Source: Gemmatimonadota bacterium (GTDB taxonomy: Bacteria; Gemmatimonadota; Gemmatimonadetes; Gemmatimonadales; Gemmatimonadaceae). From it: DNA of 49,909 bases. The DNA lies in NCBI GenBank assembly GCA_027346425.1, contig DAIESF010000079.1, forward strand, positions 1-49,909, written 5' to 3'. Made by a program: the position numbers and the translations under genes. Below the pieces are notes generated by a model. The model had not been told where the DNA came from. It saw only the letters and a list, made by a program, of their open reading frames with translations, and searched no databases. Position 1 is the first letter of the stretch. The number at the start of each line of letters is the position of its first letter. Positions 34,226-42,263 of the stretch are shown here, in pieces.

Positions 34226-34705
34226 GTGACCCCCGACCGCAGGTCGCTGCAGGACGAACTGCACCAGAGTCGTCCGTTCCGCTCGAAGCGCGAGGAGTGC
34301 CTCATCGCCATCCTCCGCACCGGCGCCGTCGTGCGGCGCCCGGTGGTGAGGGTGGTGGAGGATCGCGGCCTGTCGTTGGCGCAATACAACGTGCTGCGCA
34401 TCCTGCGCGGCGCCGGCGATGCGGGGCTCCCGACGCTGGCGATCCGCGAGCGGATGATCGAGGAGGCGGCGGGGATCACGCGCCTCATCGACAAGCTCGA
34501 GGCGTCGGGGCATGTACGGCGCGAGCGCGATGCGACCGACCGGCGCCAGGTCTTCTGCCGGATCACCGAGGCGGGGCTACGGCTCCTTGCTGAGCTCACC
34601 CCTGCCGTGGAGGCCGCGACCGATGCCGGCCTCGCGCATCTCGACGACGAACACGTCGATGCGTTGCTGGCGCTGCTGGCCGACGTCCGGGAGGGGGTGC
34701 GCTAA
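34226..34705 (+). CDS. MarR-family transcriptional regulator
   Basis: 'LSLAQYNVLRILRGAGDAGLPTLAIRERMIEEAAGITRLIDKLEASGHVRRERDATDRRQVFCRITEAG'. GTG start at 34226, 4 nt after the upstream stop. Confidence 0.85.
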   Translation: MTPDRRSLQDELHQSRPFRSKREECLIAILRTGAVVRRPVVRVVEDRGLSLAQYNVLRILRGAGDAGLPTLAIRERMIEEAAGITRLIDKLEASGHVRRERDATDRRQVFCRITEAGLRLLAELTPAVEAATDAGLAHLDDEHVDALLALLADVREGVR

Positions 34706-34814
34706 GGCAGGGTGAGGGGGAGTGCCGTCGCGGAACGAATCCCGGCGACTCCACGTAGGAGGGGGGCGCAGCCGACGTCCAGCGGCGCTCCGTTCGTTCG
34801 ACCTCCCCCCAACG

Positions 34815-37421
34815 ATGTCCTGCTTCGTGCCGCTTCGCGCCGCCGCACTCCGTATCACCCTTCTGGGGACGCTCGCCATCGCGCTCTGCGCCGCGCCCGC
34901 CCGCGCGCAGGGGCCCAGCGTCGCACGCACCGAACATCTGGCGCCCCGCGCCGCAGCCGCGACAGCCGCCGCGACAGCCGCCGCGATACCTGGCGCGACC
35001 ACCATGAGCGCCCGGGCGGTCCGTGCCACCGTCCCCCCCGTGATTGACGGGCATGACGACGACCCTGCCTGGCAGGTAGCTCCTCCCATCGACGACTTCA
35101 AGCAATTCACCCCGGTCGAGGACGGTGACCCGTCGTTTCGCACCGAGGTGCGCGCCACCTACGACGACCGCAACCTCTACGTGGTCGTGAGGGCCTTCGA
35201 CCCGCATCCTGACAGCATCGTCTCGCTCCTGAGCCGGCGCGACGTGCGCACGAACTCCGACCAGCTCAAGATCATCATCGACGGTTATCTCGACCGGCGC
35301 ACGGCGATCCAGCTCATGCTCAACCCGGCCGGGGTCAAGCGCGACGCCTCGATCTACAGCGATTACGTCGAGGACATGAGCTGGGACGGGGTGTGGGATG
35401 GGGCGGCGGCGGTCGATTCGTTAGGGTGGGTGGCCGAGTTCCGCCTCCCATTCTCGCAGCTCCGCTTCAACGGGAGCACACCGACGTTTGGTTTCGGGGT
35501 CTGGCGCGACATCGCCAGGCGCAACGAGCGCGCGGCGTGGCCCGCCTTCCGCCAGTCGCGACAGGGGCTCGTCTCGCAGCTCGGAACGCTGGAGGGGATT
35601 ACCGGGATCCAGCGCGGGAGCCGCCTCGAGCTCCTCCCGTACACCGTCACCAAGAACGTGACCGAGGCAAACGCCGACGGGTGGCGCCACCCGCAGAAGG
35701 TGACGGCCGGGGTGGATCTGAAGTACGGAGTGACCCCCAACCTGACGCTCGACGCCACGGTCAATCCCGACTTCGGCCAGGTCGAGGTCGACCCGGCGAT
35801 CCTCAACCTGTCGGCGTTCGAGGTCCGCTTCGAGGAGCGGCGCCCCTTCTTTCAGGAGGGGGTCGGGCTCTTCAAGTGCGGCGGTCCGTGCGAGGGGGTT
35901 TTCTACACGCGCCGCATCGGGCGCACCCCGCAGCTGCGCACGTCGGAGCTTGACCCGTCGGGGACGACGATCCTTGGCGCCACCAAGCTCACCGGGCGCC
36001 TGCACAACGGGCTGGCCGTGGGACTCGTCGAGGCGATGACCGGGCGTGAAGTCGGGGTCGATGGCCAGACGGTGGAGCCGCAGACGAACTACCTCGTCGG
36101 GCGACTGGTGAAGGAGATGCGACAGGGGCGGTCGCAGCTGGGGACGATGGTCACCGCGACCAACCGCAACCTCGACGACTACTCGGCCAACTACCTGCGG
36201 CGCGATGCGTACAACCTCCTGTTGCAGGGGCTGCATCGCTTCGGGCGCGACCGGTGGGAGCTGATGGCGTACTCGGGGTTCAACCGCGTGAGCGGGTCGG
36301 AGCAGGCCATCGCCCTCACCCAGCTCAACAGCGTCCACTTTTACCAGCGCCCCGACCACGAGGAGCACTTCGACAGCACGCGCACGTCGTTAGGTGGCAA
36401 CGTCGTCGCCGCCTCGATCAGCAAGATCGGGGGCGCGGTGCGGTGGAACACCTATGTCCGTCGCGCCTCGGCCGGGCTCGAGCTCAACGACCTGGGGTTC
36501 GTTCCCACGGTGAACGACATCTCGGTCCGCAACGAGGCGTCGTGGCAGGCGCTGCGACCCGGGGCGTTCTACCGACGCTCGTTCAGCTTCATCTCCACCG
36601 AGAACCACTGGACCACCGGCGGGCTGCCGAGCGGGACGCGGGTCACCGCGCACAGCTCGTTCGAGCTCCTCAACAGCTGGGGGGTGGCGCTCACGTACAA
36701 CGTGAACGATTGGGGGGTGTCGCACTGCGTCGCCTGCGCCCGTGGGGGGCCGGCGGTGCGCCAGGGGCCCAAGCAGGAGCTGGGCTTGAACGTGAGCGGC
36801 GATCCGCGAAACGTGCTGGTCCCCAAGCTCGCGTTCTACGGGGGCGTGGGCGACGGGGGACGCTCGTATTCCCGCGGCGCTACCGCGGGGGGCGAGTTGC
36901 GAATCGCCTCCCGCTTCTCGATGGCGGTCGAGGCCGCGTACTCGGGGATCAACAACGACCAGCAGTGGATCGGGAACTATGGTGCGCTGCTCAGCGACAC
37001 CACGCACTTCACCTTCGCCCACCTCGACCAGACCACGTTAGGCATCACCACCCGCCTCAACTGGACCGCCTCGCCCAGGTTGTCGTTGCAGCTCTATGCG
37101 TCGCCGTTCGTCAGCACGGGCGACTTCCGCAACTGGCGCGAGCTGGGCGACCCGCGCGCCGAGCGCTACGAGGACCGCTACCGCCCGTATGGCGGGCAGT
37201 CCAACCCCGACGGCTTCAGCTACAAGCAGTTCAACTCCAATGCCGTGTTGCGCTGGGAGTATCGTCCGGGCTCGACGTTGTTCCTGGTCTGGCAGCAGGG
37301 GCGGTTGCAGAGCGACGTGAGCCGCGGGGCGTTCGACTTCTCCCGTGACTACCGCGACCTCTTCAGGGCGCATCCGGACAATACGTTGCTGGTGAAGGTG
37401 TCGTACTGGCTGAATCCGTAG
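34815..37421 (+). CDS. DUF5916 / CBM9-like domain outer-membrane protein
   Basis: Signal 'LLGTLAIALCAAPARAQG'. 'VIDGHDDDPAWQVAPPIDDFKQFTPVEDGDPSFRTEVRATYDDRNLYVVVRAFD' is the N-terminus of the CBM9-like/DUF5916 family. Long beta-rich C-terminus ending 'LLVKVSYWLNP'. Confidence 0.75.
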   Translation: MSCFVPLRAAALRITLLGTLAIALCAAPARAQGPSVARTEHLAPRAAAATAAATAAAIPGATTMSARAVRATVPPVIDGHDDDPAWQVAPPIDDFKQFTPVEDGDPSFRTEVRATYDDRNLYVVVRAFDPHPDSIVSLLSRRDVRTNSDQLKIIIDGYLDRRTAIQLMLNPAGVKRDASIYSDYVEDMSWDGVWDGAAAVDSLGWVAEFRLPFSQLRFNGSTPTFGFGVWRDIARRNERAAWPAFRQSRQGLVSQLGTLEGITGIQRGSRLELLPYTVTKNVTEANADGWRHPQKVTAGVDLKYGVTPNLTLDATVNPDFGQVEVDPAILNLSAFEVRFEERRPFFQEGVGLFKCGGPCEGVFYTRRIGRTPQLRTSELDPSGTTILGATKLTGRLHNGLAVGLVEAMTGREVGVDGQTVEPQTNYLVGRLVKEMRQGRSQLGTMVTATNRNLDDYSANYLRRDAYNLLLQGLHRFGRDRWELMAYSGFNRVSGSEQAIALTQLNSVHFYQRPDHEEHFDSTRTSLGGNVVAASISKIGGAVRWNTYVRRASAGLELNDLGFVPTVNDISVRNEASWQALRPGAFYRRSFSFISTENHWTTGGLPSGTRVTAHSSFELLNSWGVALTYNVNDWGVSHCVACARGGPAVRQGPKQELGLNVSGDPRNVLVPKLAFYGGVGDGGRSYSRGATAGGELRIASRFSMAVEAAYSGINNDQQWIGNYGALLSDTTHFTFAHLDQTTLGITTRLNWTASPRLSLQLYASPFVSTGDFRNWRELGDPRAERYEDRYRPYGGQSNPDGFSYKQFNSNAVLRWEYRPGSTLFLVWQQGRLQSDVSRGAFDFSRDYRDLFRAHPDNTLLVKVSYWLNP

Positions 37422-37430
37422 GTTCTAGAA

Positions 37431-37478
37431 GACGAGAAGACGAGAAGACGAGAGGACGAGAGGACGAGAGGACGAGGC
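37431..37478 (-). repeat. Octamer array E: GACGAGAA x2, GACGAGAG x3, GACGAGGC (plus-strand reading)
   Basis: Fills most of the 67-bp gap between convergent stops (37421 and 37489). Preceded by the palindrome TTCTAGAA (37423-37430). Confidence 0.95.
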
Positions 37479-37488
37479 GAACCCTTCG

Positions 37489-38973
37489 TCAGCTGCGCTC
37501 GGCTATGCCGGGCCACTTGTCCGTCCACGGTCTGGCGCGCTCCAACTGGCCGGCAATCCTGAACAGCGTGCCGTCGTCGCCGAATCTCGCCGCCAGCTGC
37601 ACGCCGATGGGGAGGTTGTCGCGGTTCCAGTGCAGCGGGACACTCATGGCGGGTTGGCCGGTGGCGTTGAAGAGTGGGGGGTAGGGGATGAAGTCGAAGA
37701 CGGTCGCGGCGGCCTGGGCGACGGCGCCGAGGCGGCGCATCAACCCCCCGGCTCGCAGGGCGCCCATGACCTTCAGGATGCGCGCCTCGGCAGGCTTGGG
37801 TTGCAGCGCGCCGTGCTTCACCGGCGGGGCGCCGAGGGTAGGGGTGAGGAAGAGGTCGCACTCCTGGAAGAAGGCGCCGAGGGTGCGCCCGCTGCGCTGG
37901 AGGTAGCGCTGGGCGCTGGCGTAGTCCCCCGCGCTCAGCGAGCCGCCGAGCATCGAGAGCCCCCATGTGGCCAACTCCACGTCGCGCCGCGTCGCTGCGC
38001 GCCCCAGTCGTCGTTCGGCGTCGCGGAGGTCGGCGACCACCTCGCCGCAGACGATGGTGACGAAGGCCCGGTTGAACTCCTCGCGGTCGATCACCGGGGC
38101 GCGCTCCTGCACGTGGTGGCCTAACGATTCGAGGAGCCTGGCGGCGTCGCGCACGGCCTCCGAGCAGTCCGGGTGCGTCCCGTGTCCCAGCATCGGTGCA
38201 TCGGTGAAGGCAATGCGGAGCTTGCCGGGGTCGGCGGTGACCTCGTCGAGGAAGGGGCGGAGGCGATGCGGTGCGGCGTAGGGGGCGCCGGCGTCCTCGC
38301 CGCTGATGGCGTCGAGCATCGCTGCCGAGTCACGCACCGAGCGCGTGAGGACCCCCTCGGTCGCCGCCCCTCCCCAGTGCTCGCCGTCGTCGGGCCCGGT
38401 GGGGACGAGACCGCGTGACGGCTTGAAGCCGAAGAGCCCGCAACACGACGCCGGGATGCGGATCGACCCCCCACCGTCGCCGCCGGCGGCGACCGTCACC
38501 ATCCCGCTCGCCACAGCCTCGGCCGAGCCACCGCTCGACCCACCGACCGTGCGTTCGAGATTCCACGGGTTGCAGGTGATCCCCTTGGCCTTGGGTTCGG
38601 TGTACGGGACGAGCCCAAACTCGGGAGTGTTGGTCTTGCCGAGCGTGATGAGGCCGGCGCGCCGATAGCGCTGCATCAGTTCGGAGTCGTGGTCCGGCCT
38701 CCATCCGGCGTAGAGCGCCGATCCCGATTCCAGCGGCTCAGCGGCGTAGCAGGTGAGCAGATCCTTGATGAGGAAGGGGACGCCGGCGAAGGGGGCGTTG
38801 GGATCGGCGAGCGGGGCGTCGGCGAGGCGGCGCGCCTGCTCGAACATGGGGTAGATGACGGCGTTGAGCTTCGGGTTGAGGCGCTCGATGCGGGCGATGG
38901 CGGCGTCGACGGCCTCCCGCGCGGAGATCTGACGGGAATGGATCTGCTGCGCGAGTTCCAGGGAGTCGGACAT
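37489..38973 (-). CDS. Amidase (amidase-signature family)
   Basis: '[16 protein letters not shown]' AS-signature and a Ser-cisSer-Lys family layout. 494 aa. Confidence 0.9.
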   Translation of the reverse strand: MSDSLELAQQIHSRQISAREAVDAAIARIERLNPKLNAVIYPMFEQARRLADAPLADPNAPFAGVPFLIKDLLTCYAAEPLESGSALYAGWRPDHDSELMQRYRRAGLITLGKTNTPEFGLVPYTEPKAKGITCNPWNLERTVGGSSGGSAEAVASGMVTVAAGGDGGGSIRIPASCCGLFGFKPSRGLVPTGPDDGEHWGGAATEGVLTRSVRDSAAMLDAISGEDAGAPYAAPHRLRPFLDEVTADPGKLRIAFTDAPMLGHGTHPDCSEAVRDAARLLESLGHHVQERAPVIDREEFNRAFVTIVCGEVVADLRDAERRLGRAATRRDVELATWGLSMLGGSLSAGDYASAQRYLQRSGRTLGAFFQECDLFLTPTLGAPPVKHGALQPKPAEARILKVMGALRAGGLMRRLGAVAQAAATVFDFIPYPPLFNATGQPAMSVPLHWNRDNLPIGVQLAARFGDDGTLFRIAGQLERARPWTDKWPGIAERS

Positions 38974-38989
38974 GGATACTCAGGGTCTG

Positions 38990-39017
38990 GACGGGAGTCG
39001 GGAGACGGGCGTCAGGA
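38990..39017 (+). repeat. Heptamer array (GACGGGA GTCGGGA GACGGGC GTCAGGA) in the divergent promoter gap
   Basis: 7-bp periodicity. Shares the exact 16-mer GGACGGGAGTCGGGAG with 26327-26342. GGGAGTCGG also recurs at 38961-38969, just inside the amidase gene. Confidence 0.7.
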
Positions 39018-39107
39018 ACGGTCGCTGGCGGGTGGTGGTATTCCTCTGCAATCTCCTGATGTTCTGAGCTGTCGGTAAGACGGGGGGACTCTCTCCGGAG
39101 GACTTCG

Positions 39108-40328
39108 ATGCACGAGCGAAACGTTGCCAGGGCGAAGCGGTCGACAGCGCGCGGGGTGTTGGCGCTCGCGATGCTCATATTCCCGCTGCTGCCGCTGTCG
39201 TCCCAGGCACTGACCGCCACGGCGGCCGCCCCACCGGCGGCGCCCAAGGACTGGGGGGCGGTGGCGGGGATGATCGTGGAGCGGATGCAGCTCATTACGG
39301 GAGAGAAGGTGGTCCTCGTGGTCGTCCCGGGTGTGGCCGATGATCTCGTGGAGGAAATGCTGCGCGCCGTGCGACGCGGTGGGGGCGACATGATCGGGTT
39401 GATCCCGGCCCGCGGAGTGGCGCCGCAGAAGTGGCGGAGCGACTTCACCCGCGCCACCGAGCAGAAGCCGATGCAGCAACTCATCGAAATGCTGCGCGAC
39501 GTAGATGTCGGCGTCATGCTCCCCGGAGCCACCGTCGGCGACGAGGCATACGACGCCTTTCAGTGGCTCCTGCAGCACCCGGTGGGGCGCGGGGTGCGGA
39601 CGATTCACTTTCACTGGGCGGGGGCGTACTCGATCGATGGCGAGCCGATTCCGGTCGACCCGGACGTCGCCGACTTCTACGAGCGCGCCCTGCTCGACAC
39701 CGACTACTCGGCGCTCGCGCAGTCGGAGCTGAATTTCGAGCGTGCCATGCGCAAGGCGTCGGTGCACGTGACGACCCCCGCCGGGACAGACGTCACGTTC
39801 CGCATTGGCAACCGCGTGGTGACCAGGCAGGACGGGGACGCCTCGCAGGGGCGCGCCCGTGAGGGGCGCACGCTCATCGACCGCGAAGTCGAACTCCCGG
39901 CCGGCGCCATTCGCGTGGCCCCAATCGAGGAGAGCGTGGAGGGGAAGATCGCGTTCCTGGACGGGGTGTGGGGGGGCGTCATGGTGCGGGGGCTGGTGAT
40001 GCATTTCGCCAAGGGGCGACTGACGCACTTCGCCGCCACCAGCGGGAGCGAGGGGGTGGAGAAGGAACTCGCCGCCGGTGGCCAGGCGGCCCGCGCATTC
40101 CGCGAGTTCGCCCTCGGCTTCAACCCGTTGCTGGCGATCCCCACCACGGGGCACCGCTGGATTCCGTACTATGGCTATGGCGCTGGGGTGGTGCGGTTGT
40201 CGTTAGGCGACAACACGGAACTGGGCGGGAAGGTGAAGGGGAAGTACGTGCGGTGGAACTTCTTCACGGATGCGACCGTGGAGGTGGGGGGGGATGTGTG
40301 GGTGCGGGATGGGATGATGGGGCGATAG
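39108..40328 (+). CDS. Exported aminopeptidase-like protein (M29/AmpS-like; family call tentative)
   Basis: Signal 'GVLALAMLIFPLLPLSSQA'. C-terminal pattern 'EFALGFNP...RLSLGDNTELGG...TDATVEVGGDVWVRDG' resembles M29 aminopeptidases as I remember them. The antisense ORF 39012..40154 was rejected. Confidence 0.55.
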   Translation: MHERNVARAKRSTARGVLALAMLIFPLLPLSSQALTATAAAPPAAPKDWGAVAGMIVERMQLITGEKVVLVVVPGVADDLVEEMLRAVRRGGGDMIGLIPARGVAPQKWRSDFTRATEQKPMQQLIEMLRDVDVGVMLPGATVGDEAYDAFQWLLQHPVGRGVRTIHFHWAGAYSIDGEPIPVDPDVADFYERALLDTDYSALAQSELNFERAMRKASVHVTTPAGTDVTFRIGNRVVTRQDGDASQGRAREGRTLIDREVELPAGAIRVAPIEESVEGKIAFLDGVWGGVMVRGLVMHFAKGRLTHFAATSGSEGVEKELAAGGQAARAFREFALGFNPLLAIPTTGHRWIPYYGYGAGVVRLSLGDNTELGGKVKGKYVRWNFFTDATVEVGGDVWVRDGMMGR

Positions 40329-40417
40329 GCATGCGCCCCAAGTTCCATCGGTAACCAGCACTCGCCGGCGGCGCGCGCGGCATCTCCCCTCATGCCGCGA
40401 GGAGCAACGGGCCGCGT

Positions 40418-40473
40418 GGTCCCCGCGGGGCAGCCGCGGACCGACTGGAGATTATGTCCGATCTGACATAATC
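40418..40473 (+). other. Two adjacent stem-loops in a 317-bp non-coding gap
   Basis: GC stem GGT(CC)CCGCGG / CCGCGGACC (40418-40442, loop GGCAG). Then an AT-rich perfect 9-bp stem GATTATGTC / GACATAATC with a 6-nt loop (40450-40473), flanked by CCGCGG on both sides. Confidence 0.6.
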
Positions 40474-40535
40474 CGCGGTTCATCTCGCGCACTGCTTCCA
40501 CTGCCCCCCATTCCCCCCACGGCTCCTCGCTGCTG

Positions 40536-40634
40536 TCACTGCCGCCACGGTCCCCACGGTCCCCACGGTCCCCACTGTCCCAACTGTCCCAACTGTCCCA
40601 ACTGTCTCCGCTGCCCCCGCTGCCCCCGCTGCTC
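40536..40634 (-). repeat. Compound 9-bp tandem array (about 11 units in three blocks)
   Basis: Plus strand: tcactgccg, ccacggtcc x3, ccactgtcc, caactgtcc x2, caactgtct, ccgctgccc x2, ccgctgctc. The minus strand carries G3-G5 runs every 9 nt. The array starts 11 nt after the M20 stop (40646). Confidence 0.9.
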
Positions 40635-40645
40635 TGGACGACCCT

Positions 40646-42118
40646 CTATTGCGCCACCGTCGACGACGCCAGCGCCTTGGTCAGCCGGTAGAGAAACTCT
40701 TGCCCCTCGAAGTACGAGCGTACGCCCATCCGCTCGTCCCGCCCGTGTGCTCGGGCGTCGACGGACGGGTCGCTGAACAGCCCTGAGACGCCGTAGGCCG
40801 GGATCCCTAACGCGCGGAAGAAGCGAGAGTCCGTCGCTCCGGTGCTCATTGTCGGGATCACCGGGATGTTTCCCCACAGCTCCCTGGTGATCCGCTCGAC
40901 CGGTCCCATGACTTCGCGGGCGAGCGCGGTGGCCGGGGTCGACGGACGCTGCGTGCGGATCACGACGTGCACCGTCGTGTCGGCGATCACCTTCTCGAAG
41001 GTCGCCTTCACTTCCTCGGCGTTCGACGTCGGGTAGATGCGGCAGTTGATGTTGGCCTCGGCGAGCTGCGGGAGGGCATTGCTGGCGTGGCCGCCGCTGA
41101 GCCCGGTCGCCACGCAGCTGGTGCGGAGCATCGAGTTGTAGCGCGGATCCCTGGTCACCACCGCGATCGCCGCCGCATCGTTCGAGTTCGCGACCAGCGC
41201 CTTCATCGCCTTCCCCATCTCCGGCGTTTCGAGGTTGGCGGTCTGGGCAAAGAAGGCGCGCGTCACCTCGTTCAGCTGTACCGGGAACTTGAAGCGTCCC
41301 ACCTTCGACAGCGCGTCGGCGAGCGAGGTGATGGCGTTGTCGTCGCGCGGGACCGAGGAGTGGCCACCACGGTTGGTGACGCGCAGCGTGAAGTTGGTGG
41401 TGATCTTCTCCGCCGCCTGCACGGAATTGAAGAGATGCTTCCCGTCACGCAGTGTTCCGCCGCCCCCCTCGTTCACCACCAGCGCCGCGTCCACAAGGTC
41501 GCGGTGGCTCTTGGTAAGCCAATCGACGCCGTTGAACGGTCCGCTCTCCTCGTCGGCGGTGAGCGCGATGATGATGTCGCGATCGGGGACGAACCCCTCC
41601 TGCTTCATGCGGAAGACGTTGGCGACGAAGATCGAGGCCATCGCCTTGTCGTCGGCAGTTCCGCGCCCGTAGTAGTAGCCGTCGCGCTCGGTAAAGACGA
41701 ACGGGTCGAGGTCGGGAGACCAGTCGGCCTTGAGCGCCTCGACCACGTCGATGTGCGCGAGGAGGAGCAGGGGCTTGCCCGCGTTAGGTCCGCCCTTGCC
41801 CCGGATGCGGGCGACGACGTTGTGCTTCTTGGGCTGCGGGCCGCCCACGAAGATGTCGGACTCGGGGATCCCCGCCTCGCGGAAGCGCTTCGCCATTGCC
41901 TGCGCGGCGGCGGTGATGTCGCCGGTCTCGACCCCGGTGTTGATCTCGACCAGCTCCTTGTAGATGTCGCGGGCGAGCTGCTGGTTGGGCGTCAGCTGGC
42001 CGGGAGTGTAGATGGGAGACTTCTGCTGAGCGCCGGCGGGGAGCGCCACTCCCGACGTCGCGGCGAGCGCGGTGCTCGCCGCGAGCGCCGCGAAGGAGAG
42101 ACGATTCATTGGGGGCAT
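40646..42118 (-). CDS. Secreted M20/M25/M40-family metallopeptidase
   Basis: Start 'MPPMNRLSFAALAASTALAATSGVALPAGAQQ'. 'LLLLAHIDVVEA...GRGTADDKAMASIFVA...ALTADEESG' are M20 metal-ligand motifs. The upstream 240 codons of the ORF only translate the repeat and the kinase 3' region. Confidence 0.85.
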   Translation of the reverse strand: MPPMNRLSFAALAASTALAATSGVALPAGAQQKSPIYTPGQLTPNQQLARDIYKELVEINTGVETGDITAAAQAMAKRFREAGIPESDIFVGGPQPKKHNVVARIRGKGGPNAGKPLLLLAHIDVVEALKADWSPDLDPFVFTERDGYYYGRGTADDKAMASIFVANVFRMKQEGFVPDRDIIIALTADEESGPFNGVDWLTKSHRDLVDAALVVNEGGGGTLRDGKHLFNSVQAAEKITTNFTLRVTNRGGHSSVPRDDNAITSLADALSKVGRFKFPVQLNEVTRAFFAQTANLETPEMGKAMKALVANSNDAAAIAVVTRDPRYNSMLRTSCVATGLSGGHASNALPQLAEANINCRIYPTSNAEEVKATFEKVIADTTVHVVIRTQRPSTPATALAREVMGPVERITRELWGNIPVIPTMSTGATDSRFFRALGIPAYGVSGLFSDPSVDARAHGRDERMGVRSYFEGQEFLYRLTKALASSTVAQ

Positions 42119-42127
42119 GGTGCGGAG

Positions 42128-42200
42128 GTGGTTCTGCAGTGGTTCTGCGGTGGTCCTGCGGTGGTTCTGCGGTGGTTCTGCGGTGGTTCGGATGTGGTGG
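42128..42200 (-). repeat. 11-bp tandem array (GTGGTTCTGCG on the plus strand, 6.6 units)
   Basis: gtggttctgca gtggttctgcg gtggtcctgcg gtggttctgcg gtggttctgcg gtggttcggat gtggtgg. Begins 10 nt upstream of the M20 ATG (42118), within the 145-bp gap after the kinase stop. Confidence 0.95.
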
Positions 42201-42263
42201 ACGCGTATGCCGGATCGGGCGATCGCGCGGAACGTCGAGGGCACGGTGGGGGAGCGGCGCCGA

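Noticed and set aside
40536-40877. Minus-strand ORF translating the 9-bp array as a collagen-like Gly-X-Y run (QLGQLGQLGQWGPWGPWG)
   Set aside because: It overlaps the 3' end of the M20 gene in another frame. It has no convincing start or upstream signal, and the Gly-X-Y pattern is a trivial consequence of the 9-bp periodicity.
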